From positions 1-64,000 of the IMG/VR virus record IMGVR_UViG_3300008459_000024: DNA of 64,000 bases; one strand, 5' to 3'. Positions 51,836 to 61,274 of this stretch are shown piece by piece; the stretch's first letter is position 1, and the number at the start of each line of letters is the position of its first letter. A model generated the notes under the pieces. It ran no database searches and had not been told where the DNA came from. It saw only the letters and a list, made by a program, of their open reading frames with translations. The position numbers and the translations under genes were made by a program. Origin of the DNA: a virus.

Positions 51836-53722
51836 TTATGCAGTTCGTGTCTCAGACGCCTTTTCAATCGCGAGTGATAATTTCTGTGCGTTTCCCGGTT
51901 TAGTTAACGCCGCCGCCATATCATCAACTTGTTTTTGGGTAAAGGTTCCGTCAGTCTTAAATATTAACTCCACTTTTCCGTTAACGTTTGTGTTATTTGT
52001 ATTTTGAGATGCTGGTTCAGTTGTAATTCCAGGAATATTTATTTCAGGTAATGATAATTGTGGGATTAAACTAGTTTCACCACCAAGGTTTAAACTTTTA
52101 GTAAAATTTTCCAAAGCGGCTTTAGCTGCATCTATTTGAGTTTGGAATCCTGAAAAATCAACACCAGTAAATCCTTGTAAACTTGTTGTTAGATTAGATA
52201 AAGCTCCTGTTAAGGCCCCTAATCCAGCAGAACCGGCAAACGACGCCAACGAAGTTGTTGCCTCCTTTAATTGTCCAAGAGCACCACTTATGTCAGCACT
52301 AGCTAAACTAGTAACAACACCTTGTAAATTATTATTGAATCCTGTTAAAAAAGTTTTAAAATCAGCATTACTCAAACTAAAATTATCAACGAACGCCTTT
52401 GAAGTTGATTGGTAAACAGTTAATGCCGATTTTAATATGTCCACCCCACCAAATTCAGCAAGGGCAAGACCAATAGCATTTTTATTTGCCATCTCAGTTT
52501 CTTTCTGTTGAGCCTCAATAGATTTTGTACTTTTATACCCCCCTTTAACGAATTCATCCGCACTTTGATTAATTTGATTGCTGGCCGTAATATACTCTTC
52601 TAATTCTATTTTTTGTCTATCGGTTAATTTATCCAACTCTTTTGTTATAGTTTCACCATCAGATGTTGTAAATGTAACTTGATACGAAAGTCCACCTTCT
52701 TTATTAGGTAATAACTCCATCATACCTTCTAACTGCTGTAATTGACTTTGACTATAATCAAGATTTAATTCACTAAGTTGTTTAGTTCTTGACTGCATTT
52801 TAAGTAACTCACCTCCAGAACGTACTAAGTCTTGGTATGCAATTCCTGTCTGTTTTGATATCGCCTGTAAATCGTCAACAGAACTTGCAGGTACCTTAAA
52901 TTGTTGTGTTTCCTCATCAAACTCTAAGAATGTTGACGCCATGTCGGCAATTGCGGTTTGTAAATCATCAACCCTATTACGAGCAATATCTTGTAATGCA
53001 AAAGCATCTGTTAACTCAGCATTAACCACTCCCATTCTTTGGAAAAATGCCGCAGTTTCTAATGCCTTTTCAGGTGAGAATAAATCAGTTGCAAGACTAA
53101 AGGTTTCACTCATATCCAATTTCAACCTTCTCGATTGGATAGACATTTTGGTTAATCCTTCAATTCCATTATTAAATCCAAATTCATTTAATTTTGATAA
53201 ATTAGGAATAACATCGTCAGCAACTTGCGATAACGGTACTGAAAAATTCATAGCCTGTACCGCCATTACTTTGGTGTACTCACTAACGGAAGATATTTCT
53301 TTACCGATAGATGCAAAATTAGATATTAATTCTTTAGATGATACCCCAAGAACTTTAGAGTTTGCCAACAAATCAACCATTGATTTTTGTGAAATCACGG
53401 TTCGTCTACCAAACTCATCCATGTACTCTGACATATACTGAGTCGCCAAAGTAACTCCGTTGGCACCTTCTCCCATCACATTTAATTCCGTTGCCGCTTG
53501 TGCCAAATACCCTTGTAATGATTCGGCAAATTTATCAGAAGCACCGAGGGTTCTTTGGAAGTCTTTGGCGAAACTTTCAATCTGTGCGGCAGGGGTCAGT
53601 ATGTTCTTAATTTCAGAACCTGCATCTAAAAATGGCTGAGTAACATTCGCCATTTTTCCAACAGTCCCAATATCGAATGAAGACGCACTACCCGAATTAT
53701 CACCTGGTTTGAGTTGTAACAT
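51836..53722 (-). CDS. Tape measure protein
   Basis: Ala/Gln/Leu-rich helical 628-aa protein directly after the tube and chaperone genes; late motif at 53728-53734. Confidence 0.65.
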   Translation of the reverse strand: MLQLKPGDNSGSASSFDIGTVGKMANVTQPFLDAGSEIKNILTPAAQIESFAKDFQRTLGASDKFAESLQGYLAQAATELNVMGEGANGVTLATQYMSEYMDEFGRRTVISQKSMVDLLANSKVLGVSSKELISNFASIGKEISSVSEYTKVMAVQAMNFSVPLSQVADDVIPNLSKLNEFGFNNGIEGLTKMSIQSRRLKLDMSETFSLATDLFSPEKALETAAFFQRMGVVNAELTDAFALQDIARNRVDDLQTAIADMASTFLEFDEETQQFKVPASSVDDLQAISKQTGIAYQDLVRSGGELLKMQSRTKQLSELNLDYSQSQLQQLEGMMELLPNKEGGLSYQVTFTTSDGETITKELDKLTDRQKIELEEYITASNQINQSADEFVKGGYKSTKSIEAQQKETEMANKNAIGLALAEFGGVDILKSALTVYQSTSKAFVDNFSLSNADFKTFLTGFNNNLQGVVTSLASADISGALGQLKEATTSLASFAGSAGLGALTGALSNLTTSLQGFTGVDFSGFQTQIDAAKAALENFTKSLNLGGETSLIPQLSLPEINIPGITTEPASQNTNNTNVNGKVELIFKTDGTFTQKQVDDMAAALTKPGNAQKLSLAIEKASETRTA

Positions 53723-53742
53723 TACTTATAAATAATGCGTTT

Positions 53743-53895
53743 TTAGTTTTCCGTCGCAGAACCAATTAGTCTATTGACAAGATAATTTCTCATATAGATA
53801 GGCATTAACATAAAATCAGAATAAGATGTGTGTAGTCTTGAACCTAATATCATATATTGGTCCAATAAATTACTTAAATAATCAGAAGAAAGGAC
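53743..53895 (-). CDS. +1-frame extension of tail assembly chaperone (candidate frameshift product; not in ORF track)
   Basis: 50 open codons VLSSDYLSNLLDQYMILGSRLHTSYSDFMLMPIYMRNYLVNRLIGSATEN*, filling the gap to the tape measure gene's late motif. Confidence 0.65.
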   Translation of the reverse strand, partial: VLSSDYLSNLLDQYMILGSRLHTSYSDFMLMPIYMRNYLVNRLIGSATEN

Positions 53896-54631
53896 GAAAA
53901 AACTCCGCCCCAAAGGATATTCTTGCCAATACCTTTTTTCCTGACGGGGCTAAAACTTCTCTGTTTAAATCTAATTTAGGTTCATTCTCCATTATGAAGT
54001 TTGAAATAAACTTAGAATCCATGATTGGCATTTTACTTACAAAATCTTGAATGTCAGATATTTCTTTTGACCCGTCAATCTCAACAATTTGTTTTAATAA
54101 TTTATTAGTGACTGTAGGAGCGTATGATGAACCAACATAACCCTTACCATATTTGTTTAGTTCGTTTAACTCACCAAATGTCAATACTTTTAATTTAACA
54201 GACTTACCTGATTTTGGTAACACGACATTAAATAATCCGTTACTATCAGGTTCAACTGAAGGTTTTCTAAACTCAATTTCATCCAAACTAATTTCTCTTT
54301 GGAATTGTTTTCCCGTTTCAGGGTCAATTAATGTAAACTTATATTCACTACCAAATGATGTATTTCTTAGAAAAACTAAAATCGCCTCAATATCACCCTC
54401 CAACATATCTTCAGGTCTTAAATCGGGTTCATACATTTTTCCCCTAACTAAATTAATAATTAATTGTTGTCCGTCCATATTAGCCGCAGATGCCAACATG
54501 TTTTCGTCAACCGCAGTTAAGTAACCAACTTTAACACTTTTTTTATTAGTTTTGTAAAATTTACCTTCGCTAGGTAATTTTACAATATCATGAGGTAAGT
54601 TTAAATGTTCTTGAGCAATTTTGTTGTCCAT
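53882..54631 (-). CDS. Tail assembly chaperone / T4 gp26-like hub assembly protein
   Basis: VKLPSEGKFY..VKVGYLTAVDE, LLEGD-like MLEGDIEAILVFLR; lies between tube and tape measure genes; ends GAEFFRPFF. Confidence 0.75.
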   Translation of the reverse strand: MDNKIAQEHLNLPHDIVKLPSEGKFYKTNKKSVKVGYLTAVDENMLASAANMDGQQLIINLVRGKMYEPDLRPEDMLEGDIEAILVFLRNTSFGSEYKFTLIDPETGKQFQREISLDEIEFRKPSVEPDSNGLFNVVLPKSGKSVKLKVLTFGELNELNKYGKGYVGSSYAPTVTNKLLKQIVEIDGSKEISDIQDFVSKMPIMDSKFISNFIMENEPKLDLNREVLAPSGKKVLARISFGAEFFRPFF

Positions 54632-54647
54632 AAATGTTTTTTATTTA

Positions 54648-54676
54648 AAAATATCTTTACATACCACTTTTGTAAA
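54648..54676 (-). promoter_or_regulatory. Promoter-like TTTACA-N17-TATTTT upstream of chaperone gene
   Basis: Same geometry as the four replication-gene promoters; directly downstream of the tube-gene terminator. Confidence 0.45.
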
Positions 54677-54677
54677 C

Positions 54678-54702
54678 AAAAAAAGTCCCATTTAGGGACT
54701 TT
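54678..54702 (-). terminator. Intrinsic terminator after tail tube gene
   Basis: aaagtccc-N5-gggacttt hairpin plus T-tract on the minus strand. Confidence 0.75.
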
Positions 54703-54725
54703 AATTTTGAATATTTGTAAGTTTT

Positions 54726-55211
54726 TTAGTATACTAAGACACAATAGTCAGGTCTAAGAGTTGCTTTGATGTCGGCTAATTTATCATCATCATAAGATAA
54801 TGAACCAAAATCAACGTTAGTTAAGAATGTACCAATTAATAACCATTTTTCGATTACAACACCGGTTGGGTCTAACATGTCCAATTCAAGGTCTCTCTTG
54901 TATCCTGCGGCATATCCCATACGTCCTGTTACAGACTCAGCATGTAAACGAACCCATTCCATCAAGGCTTGAGCTGCTGAAGGTCCAATCGGGTCTCTAA
55001 ACGTAACGTCTATGGATTCCCAGTTATATCTTCCAGCTACGTATCTTGACGTATTTAAAAATGGAATTTCAGTTTCAGCAATTTTAATGTTTGGTCTAGA
55101 AGTTGATTCAACAAACCATTCATTAATACCTAAGTTATCAAACTTTAAAATGAACCTGTTTTTTCTTTTTGGCTCATACGGTATCGGCATTTTCATTAGT
55201 AAATCAGCCAT
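54726..55211 (-). CDS. Tail tube protein (T4 gp19-like)
   Basis: YEPKRKNRF, SRP, YVAGRYNW, DPIGPSAAQALMEW, GYKRD, LDPTGVVIEKW. Confidence 0.88.
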   Translation of the reverse strand: MADLLMKMPIPYEPKRKNRFILKFDNLGINEWFVESTSRPNIKIAETEIPFLNTSRYVAGRYNWESIDVTFRDPIGPSAAQALMEWVRLHAESVTGRMGYAAGYKRDLELDMLDPTGVVIEKWLLIGTFLTNVDFGSLSYDDDKLADIKATLRPDYCVLVY

Positions 55212-55319
55212 ATTTTTTTTCTTTAGTTTCTTTTATTTTTTATATAAATAGTGGTGTTATTTTTTTTTTCTATTTACTTTGGTTTTTTTTATTGGAAATT
55301 TGCAATAAGACCAGTTTAA

Positions 55320-56135
55320 TTAATAATCTTTCTTAACTCCTCCATGTGTTGAAATTGTTTTAATTATATTGTCTGGGTCTTTTTCTAATTCTTTCTTAAC
55401 TTTTTCTAAATTTCTTAAATCATCATCTGAGAATCCTATTTGTGGTATAAATCGGTTAGATATGTCGTTCTTGAACATACCTGGTTTTTGTAAGGTCTTG
55501 GAAATATATTTAACATAATTTTGGAACTCCCTAAGAGCGTTAACTTTACCTACTTCGGGATTCTGTGCTGAACCTTCACCAAATGTTACAGGATAATACT
55601 TATTCATGTCCATGTAAGCATCAATCAATTCATCATTTGACATATCTTCTTCACCTGCAATATCTCTAAACTTCCTTAAATTTTTCACCAACTCTTTCTT
55701 AGAAATTCCTTTAAAGTTGGTTTCAATCATGTTTTCAATTGCTCGTCTAATAACCAATGGAGAATGTCCTCGAGCAGTTACTATAGAGAAGATTGAACCC
55801 CCATTAATCGCTTCAACAAAGTCATCCCATGCAGGACCTGGTTTTGCCAACATTGAATCAACTATAAACCTCTTATCCCCCTTGGTTGAGAAGTTTCTAA
55901 ATGGGTCTTCAGCAAATCCAACAATTGTTTTACCTTTATATTCAAAAGGTTCTTTACCGACATGAATTCTATGTTCGGCAAAATCTTCGGTACCCATAGG
56001 AACTTCATTACCGTTATCATCTTTTAATATGATTTGTGTTGGCATGTACATAATATTATCGTCCCAATCAAATGCATAATACTTTAACTCAGGTGTAATC
56101 TCTTCTTTAAAATTCTCAACAAGATAAACTTTCAT
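55320..56135 (-). CDS. HAD-superfamily phosphatase-like protein
   Basis: Motif I FDWDDNI, motif II IVTARG, Lys (VGK), motif IV GFSDDD; late motif at 56141-56147. Confidence 0.65.
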   Translation of the reverse strand: MKVYLVENFKEEITPELKYYAFDWDDNIMYMPTQIILKDDNGNEVPMGTEDFAEHRIHVGKEPFEYKGKTIVGFAEDPFRNFSTKGDKRFIVDSMLAKPGPAWDDFVEAINGGSIFSIVTARGHSPLVIRRAIENMIETNFKGISKKELVKNLRKFRDIAGEEDMSNDELIDAYMDMNKYYPVTFGEGSAQNPEVGKVNALREFQNYVKYISKTLQKPGMFKNDISNRFIPQIGFSDDDLRNLEKVKKELEKDPDNIIKTISTHGGVKKDY

Positions 56136-56157
56136 ATTACATAAATATCTGTTAAAT

Positions 56158-56187
56158 AAAAAACCCCCACTTTTGGTGAGGGTTTTT
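56158..56187 (-). terminator. Intrinsic terminator after tail sheath gene
   Basis: aaaaaccc(c)cac-N5-gtg(a)gggttttt hairpin with T-tract. Confidence 0.7.
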
Positions 56188-56205
56188 AAGATTATTAATT
56201 TTTAA

Positions 56206-59200
56206 TTAAATGTTTTCAAAAGACGCTCCTGTTGGAGTGATTAAGAACTCAATGTCGATGAATTCTAACGCTTTAGTTGGTTTGATGTAAATCTTACCTA
56301 CTAATTGGTTTCTATCCAAATCCTCAGGTGTGTTAGAAACAGTTACTCTAAAGTCATATAAACCTCTATCTCTACGAATAGCATCTAAGATTGGGTTAAC
56401 TGAATCTAAGAATTGTTGTCTAACGATATTATCGTTTTGTTCAAACAATAATCTTACCGCCACCGCTGAAATCAACTTACGAGCTTGTAACAACAAACGT
56501 CTTACGTTGATTCTATCAAGAGCTGATTCCGCAACTTGTAAAGTTTTGTTACCCCAAATTACAGTTCCAACGTCGTTAAATGTTGCAATTGGGTTAATTC
56601 TACCTTTATACAACGTATCTCTATCTTCTTGAGTTAATCTTCTTCTCGCTCTGATTGCGTTTACAACACCTCTTGTGTAACCTGCAGTTGCGAACCAAGG
56701 GAATGCGATGTTATCAGTTAACGCTAAGTTTCTTGTAACTTCAGCAGTTGCTGGAAGATAAATTTGTGTGTTATTAACCGTATCACGAGTCAATACCCAT
56801 GGATAGTAAGTTGCTGTGTAGTTTGAATCTATACCTGAAGTTTCCAACTCGTCAACAATTTCTTGTGGGTAAATTAAATTATCCATTGAAGTTGTCGGTT
56901 GTAATAAATCAAAGTCAGGTGATGTCATGATGTAGATAGAGTCAGCTCTATCGTTTTCTACCATGTCGATTGCCGACTCACAAAGGTTAGAGTTGTTAAC
57001 AAAGTCAACACCAGGTGTAACGAACACATTAATATTAGTTACCTCAGGATTATTGAACGATTGAATACCTAACAAGTATGCGTAATAGTCAGTATTTGCA
57101 TAATCTGTAGTATTATCTTCTACCGTAATTGGTTTGAATAATCCCCATCCTGTTGAGTCGGGGTAACGTGTACAACCTGCTAATTGACCAGCTTTGTAAC
57201 CACTTTGTCCTAAAACAAATGTATCACCATTAGTTCTATATTCTCTATAGATATCCCATCCGTCAAATCCGCCTTGTACTAAGAAAGTGAACTTTCTTGA
57301 GAATATTTTGTAATATGGATTATCAGAATTACTTGGGTCAGATTGGAATGATGCGTCACCAACCTGGAAGGCTGATTGTCCTGATGTTACATATGAGTTG
57401 GCAATTGTTACAACAGTTGCTCCACTATCCATGTGGAAACCTTTAGTTAACTTACTCCAATCACTGTATGAACCTTCAACACACCAACTTCCTGTATAGT
57501 TTTGTTTTCCTTTATACGCGAAGAAGTCAGGGTCAAATCCAATACTGTCAGAGATACCTAAGTAAGTTCTACGAATATTGTCACCAGGACTAATTACTGC
57601 ATCGTCTCCAGCAGTTGAACCGAATGGAGGGTTAAATATTTCTTCACCTGGGATATCGTAGTGAGTTTTATAGATTGGGAATGGAGAATCTTTACCTGAA
57701 TAAGTACGAGTAACGTATCCTTCAAAACCACAAGGTAATGAGTCAATTGGAGCGTCAGCATTTAATTCCAACATAATGAATTTAGAATTTACTGCGAACT
57801 CACCATCATTACTACCTACTTTTTTACCGACATAACTATTAAGACTTGGGTCCATAGTACAGTTAGTAAATTTCTCTAAAACAACAGGGTTGGCATCTGT
57901 ATCAAAGTAATCTCTTACGATTAAATCAAATGTTCCATTGTTGAATGACATGTTAGCCACAGATACTTTAACTTCGTAGTTTGCGCTATTACCATCAGAA
58001 ATTGTGTGAACTCTAAATAATTGATAAACTAAATTACCTCTTAATTCAGAAACAACCCATGGTGATTTTGGAGTTTGGTATCTCTCTAAGTAAAAACCTA
58101 TAGATGTAGTATTTTGGTTTCTTGCTTCAGGTAAGTAAGTTAATGACGTATTCAATCCTCTAATATACCCTTTATTATATCCGTAAGTTAACAAGTTTTG
58201 ATATCTTTCTTCAACAAACAAAGGAACTTCAGTTCTATCTTTTTCAAAGTTTTGTGTTCCGAATACCTTACTAATGTAATTTGTACTAGCCTGAGTAAAT
58301 GATGTTTCAAAACTAAATGTTTGACTATCAATATCAGTACCTGAAATTACAAAAGTTGCAAATGGATTTTGAGTAATTGCGGAATATGAACCTGAAGATA
58401 CTAAACTAGCGGTGTCACCGGTTAATTGATATTGGTCCCCAAGATTTGCACTACTGAATGTTGAAATACCTCTTGAACGTAATGTGGCGATTACTAATCC
58501 GTTATAATCTGTGTGTGCAGTAGCGGTGTAAGATAGAACTGAACCTTCGGTTGCTCCTGTGAAAGAACCGCCTCCTATTGATTGTAAATACTTAAATTCT
58601 AAATAGAATGAATATCCACTATAACCATCTCCTGAAGTAACATCAAAATTAGCATAATACCATGCATCATTTAATCTATCACAAAAATCTATTGTGTTTG
58701 CACTGATACTTGTTACCGAGTATTTGTTTGTTACTCCGGTAATTGTTGGTAAATTCCCTAATTGTGTATTACTTAAAGGTCCGTATACTAAAGATGTTGT
58801 TGCAGATAGTGAGTTAGTTAAAACCGCAGAAGTGATAAAAGAATTAATATCTGAACGATAAGATGATGTGGTACCATCAAATTTAGTATAAACTCTATCA
58901 AAATCTGAATATACTGTAGTTCCTGTAAAATCAACTGAGTCGGGTCCCGATGTTGAGTAGGTCACAGTTCCCGCGGTTGTCGCGGTGAAATATATGATAA
59001 CTCCCGGAATTACACTACTAACTGCCACAGTTTCACAGTTAACATTACCCACAGTACTAATTGACCAAGAAGGTCCCGCATCATAACCTGATAATCCAAG
59101 TACACGAGTTACGAAAAGTTGATTTGATTGTTGTAAATATGATTTTGCAATGTATGCGGCCTCATATTTAGGAATTTGTGTATTAACAAATTTTTCAGGA

Positions 59201-59388
59201 GTTGTTCCACCGAAATAAGTAGAAAACTCGTCATAGCTGGTAACAAAAATAGGTTCAAAGGCAGGACCTTTTAAAGTCTCACCAACAATACCTAAAGTTG
59301 TAACACCAACACTTTGAGAAACAAATGATAAGTCCCTTTCTGACGTGTAAACACCAGGAGAAACAAATATTTTACTGTTTGATGCCAT
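56206..59388 (-). CDS. Tail sheath protein (T4 gp18-like), enlarged
   Basis: SPGVYTSERDLS, GETLKGPAFEP, YYPW, PWFATAGYTRG, LYKGRINPI, WGNKTLQ, DRINVRRL, FEQND. Confidence 0.95.
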   Translation of the reverse strand: MASNSKIFVSPGVYTSERDLSFVSQSVGVTTLGIVGETLKGPAFEPIFVTSYDEFSTYFGGTTPEKFVNTQIPKYEAAYIAKSYLQQSNQLFVTRVLGLSGYDAGPSWSISTVGNVNCETVAVSSVIPGVIIYFTATTAGTVTYSTSGPDSVDFTGTTVYSDFDRVYTKFDGTTSSYRSDINSFITSAVLTNSLSATTSLVYGPLSNTQLGNLPTITGVTNKYSVTSISANTIDFCDRLNDAWYYANFDVTSGDGYSGYSFYLEFKYLQSIGGGSFTGATEGSVLSYTATAHTDYNGLVIATLRSRGISTFSSANLGDQYQLTGDTASLVSSGSYSAITQNPFATFVISGTDIDSQTFSFETSFTQASTNYISKVFGTQNFEKDRTEVPLFVEERYQNLLTYGYNKGYIRGLNTSLTYLPEARNQNTTSIGFYLERYQTPKSPWVVSELRGNLVYQLFRVHTISDGNSANYEVKVSVANMSFNNGTFDLIVRDYFDTDANPVVLEKFTNCTMDPSLNSYVGKKVGSNDGEFAVNSKFIMLELNADAPIDSLPCGFEGYVTRTYSGKDSPFPIYKTHYDIPGEEIFNPPFGSTAGDDAVISPGDNIRRTYLGISDSIGFDPDFFAYKGKQNYTGSWCVEGSYSDWSKLTKGFHMDSGATVVTIANSYVTSGQSAFQVGDASFQSDPSNSDNPYYKIFSRKFTFLVQGGFDGWDIYREYRTNGDTFVLGQSGYKAGQLAGCTRYPDSTGWGLFKPITVEDNTTDYANTDYYAYLLGIQSFNNPEVTNINVFVTPGVDFVNNSNLCESAIDMVENDRADSIYIMTSPDFDLLQPTTSMDNLIYPQEIVDELETSGIDSNYTATYYPWVLTRDTVNNTQIYLPATAEVTRNLALTDNIAFPWFATAGYTRGVVNAIRARRRLTQEDRDTLYKGRINPIATFNDVGTVIWGNKTLQVAESALDRINVRRLLLQARKLISAVAVRLLFEQNDNIVRQQFLDSVNPILDAIRRDRGLYDFRVTVSNTPEDLDRNQLVGKIYIKPTKALEFIDIEFLITPTGASFENI

Positions 59389-59487
59389 TTAATTTGTGTT
59401 TTTTTAAATTTATTTTATTGATAAATATTCTCCGATTTATGAAAAATTTATAAATTAAAAAACTATTTACTTTATAGGAAGAATAAA

Positions 59488-59505
59488 TTCTACCTTTTTT
59501 CTACC
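59488..59505 (+). promoter_or_regulatory. Tandem TTCTACC direct repeat (11-bp period), candidate operator
   Basis: TTCTACC at 59488-59494 and 59499-59505, abutting ATG 59506. Confidence 0.5.
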
Positions 59506-59655
59506 ATGAAAATTAAGAATCTAAAAATATCTGAAGACTCTCACAAACTACTTAAAAAGTATTGTAATAAAAAAGGATATAAAATTCACAAATTTATTGA
59601 AAAGTTAATCTACGATAACTGTGAGGAAATAAAAGATATATACGGAGAAGATTAG
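59506..59655 (+). CDS. 49-aa ribbon-helix-helix (CopG/Arc-like) DNA-binding protein (not in ORF track)
   Basis: MKIKNLKISEDSHKLLKKYCNKKGYKIHKFIEKLIYDNCEEIKDIYGED: alternating beta-strand, helix, G turn, helix. Confidence 0.7.
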   Translation: MKIKNLKISEDSHKLLKKYCNKKGYKIHKFIEKLIYDNCEEIKDIYGED

Positions 59656-60707
59656 AGAATTTTAGACTCTAATGATATTTGAGACACCTCTGAAGGATTA
59701 CTTTTTACAATATCAATTCTTAAAATATCGTTAGTATTCACTTGAACTTCTCCAGCGACCAATTGCGGAATATCATTACCATAGAATAAATCATTAATGT
59801 ATACTGAATAAGATGTAATATTATCAGCATTGACTAATTTTAAATTAGTGGTGTATGTGAATGTTTGACTATAACTTGTAACTCCAACAGGGTAACTAAA
59901 TTCAACATTAACAATATCTGAGTTCTTAGGGAACTTTTTAAGTTTTCTCCTTTTTGATGAAGTATTTGTTTCAAATATCTGAAGAGCTCTTGTTATTCCT
60001 GGCTTAACCTCAAACTCTTCTTCATCAATCAAAAATCCCATTAATGTAAATTCATAAGACTGCATATAATACTTTCTCTTTTCTAAATCTAAAACAGATT
60101 CATCTGAGATGTCTTCCATTTGTATCGGAATATAATGTCCTTTAATTTGAGTATATGCTTGTCGAGATGCGAACTTTTCAAGTATAATCTTATTAAACTT
60201 ATTAAGTTCTCTCATTCTATTACAAATGATTTTTACCGAATATTTTATATCAACAGGGACTGGCTGTGGTATGGTGTAAATGTCCACACCTTTTCTATCT
60301 CCATCCCATGTGGGTACCGCTGCGTAATAGTACTGTTTTCTATTGGGTATGTTATATCTAAGTGACGGAATTGTGCCAAACTTAACTTCAGGTGTTCTTA
60401 CCGTTGTGATAAATGGTACGGATACGTTTTTATCAATATTTCTAAAATCCCATGTTTGAGTAAACTGAGCCCAATTTTGAGTTGTAATTAATATGTCAAC
60501 AACAGGTACGGTCTTACCTTCGGAAGTTATCTTTAAATCGTTTTTAACAAAATCTAAAAACCCTCTATCCAAATCCTCATGTAATAATGATTTAGGTAAA
60601 TACGTATCGTGACGATTAATATCGTCAAGTAATTCCACACGTCTATCATATCCCGTTTTTTCAGGATAAAGGTTTAAAGTCTTTTTTATTTTTTTAGGTA
60701 ATGCCAT
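59652..60707 (-). CDS. Tail terminator / sheath stabiliser-like neck protein
   Basis: Lies between the neck and sheath genes; VPFITTVR, IPQPVPVDIKYSVKII, YEFTLMG. Confidence 0.6.
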   Translation of the reverse strand: MALPKKIKKTLNLYPEKTGYDRRVELLDDINRHDTYLPKSLLHEDLDRGFLDFVKNDLKITSEGKTVPVVDILITTQNWAQFTQTWDFRNIDKNVSVPFITTVRTPEVKFGTIPSLRYNIPNRKQYYYAAVPTWDGDRKGVDIYTIPQPVPVDIKYSVKIICNRMRELNKFNKIILEKFASRQAYTQIKGHYIPIQMEDISDESVLDLEKRKYYMQSYEFTLMGFLIDEEEFEVKPGITRALQIFETNTSSKRRKLKKFPKNSDIVNVEFSYPVGVTSYSQTFTYTTNLKLVNADNITSYSVYINDLFYGNDIPQLVAGEVQVNTNDILRIDIVKSNPSEVSQISLESKIL

Positions 60708-61222
60708 TATAATCCTCTAAATTCGTTTTCAGTCACAGGTGATGCAATAATTGTACGATAAAATGGTTTATATCCACCATAAGTGTGTTTATTATCCGAC
60801 ACAATCCTACCATCATTATTAACTGTATAATATCTAACTCTGTTTTCAGTTTCGTAATACCCTATGTAATCACCAAACTCAATTTCAATACCAAGTTCGT
60901 CTAAGTGAGATTGATATACAGATATTCTTGCATTACCCGGCTCCAATTGGTCAACCATACTTTTACCTAAATATTTGTTTTCAGGTGCAGATACCTGCAA
61001 GTAAGCTTTAAATTCAACAGGTGGTAAAAACTTAATACCATCCATTGTGGCTTCACCGTACACATCGTCAGTGTTAGTTTTCTTTTTGTCAACTTTATAC
61101 AAAACAAGTGTAAAATTCATATCTCCCTCTAACCATTCTCTCCCCATATTAATGTCTAAGGCGTAGTCCTCAGCCCCAAAAAATTTACTTAATCTTGTAA
61201 TTGGTACAACTCTATTTGACAT
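60707..61222 (-). CDS. Neck/head-closure protein (T4 gp14-like)
   Basis: LYKVD...DDVYGEA...F.PPVE...GDYI; start reassigned to ATG 61222, 4 nt after the late motif at 61227-61233. Confidence 0.65.
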   Translation of the reverse strand: MSNRVVPITRLSKFFGAEDYALDINMGREWLEGDMNFTLVLYKVDKKKTNTDDVYGEATMDGIKFLPPVEFKAYLQVSAPENKYLGKSMVDQLEPGNARISVYQSHLDELGIEIEFGDYIGYYETENRVRYYTVNNDGRIVSDNKHTYGGYKPFYRTIIASPVTENEFRGL

Positions 61223-61274
61223 ATTGATAAATATCTTATTTTTATTATTATTGTAATAATGTATTTTAACTAAC

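Noticed and set aside
53933-53941. Canonical -1 slippery heptamer A AAA AAG in the chaperone gene
   Set aside because: The -1 frame closes after about 20 codons (…SFLLII*) and does not reach the downstream ORF; the +1 site fits better. Not formally excluded.
59445-59456. 12-bp palindrome AATTTATAAATT
   Set aside because: A/T-only sequence in an extremely AT-rich spacer; plausible by chance.
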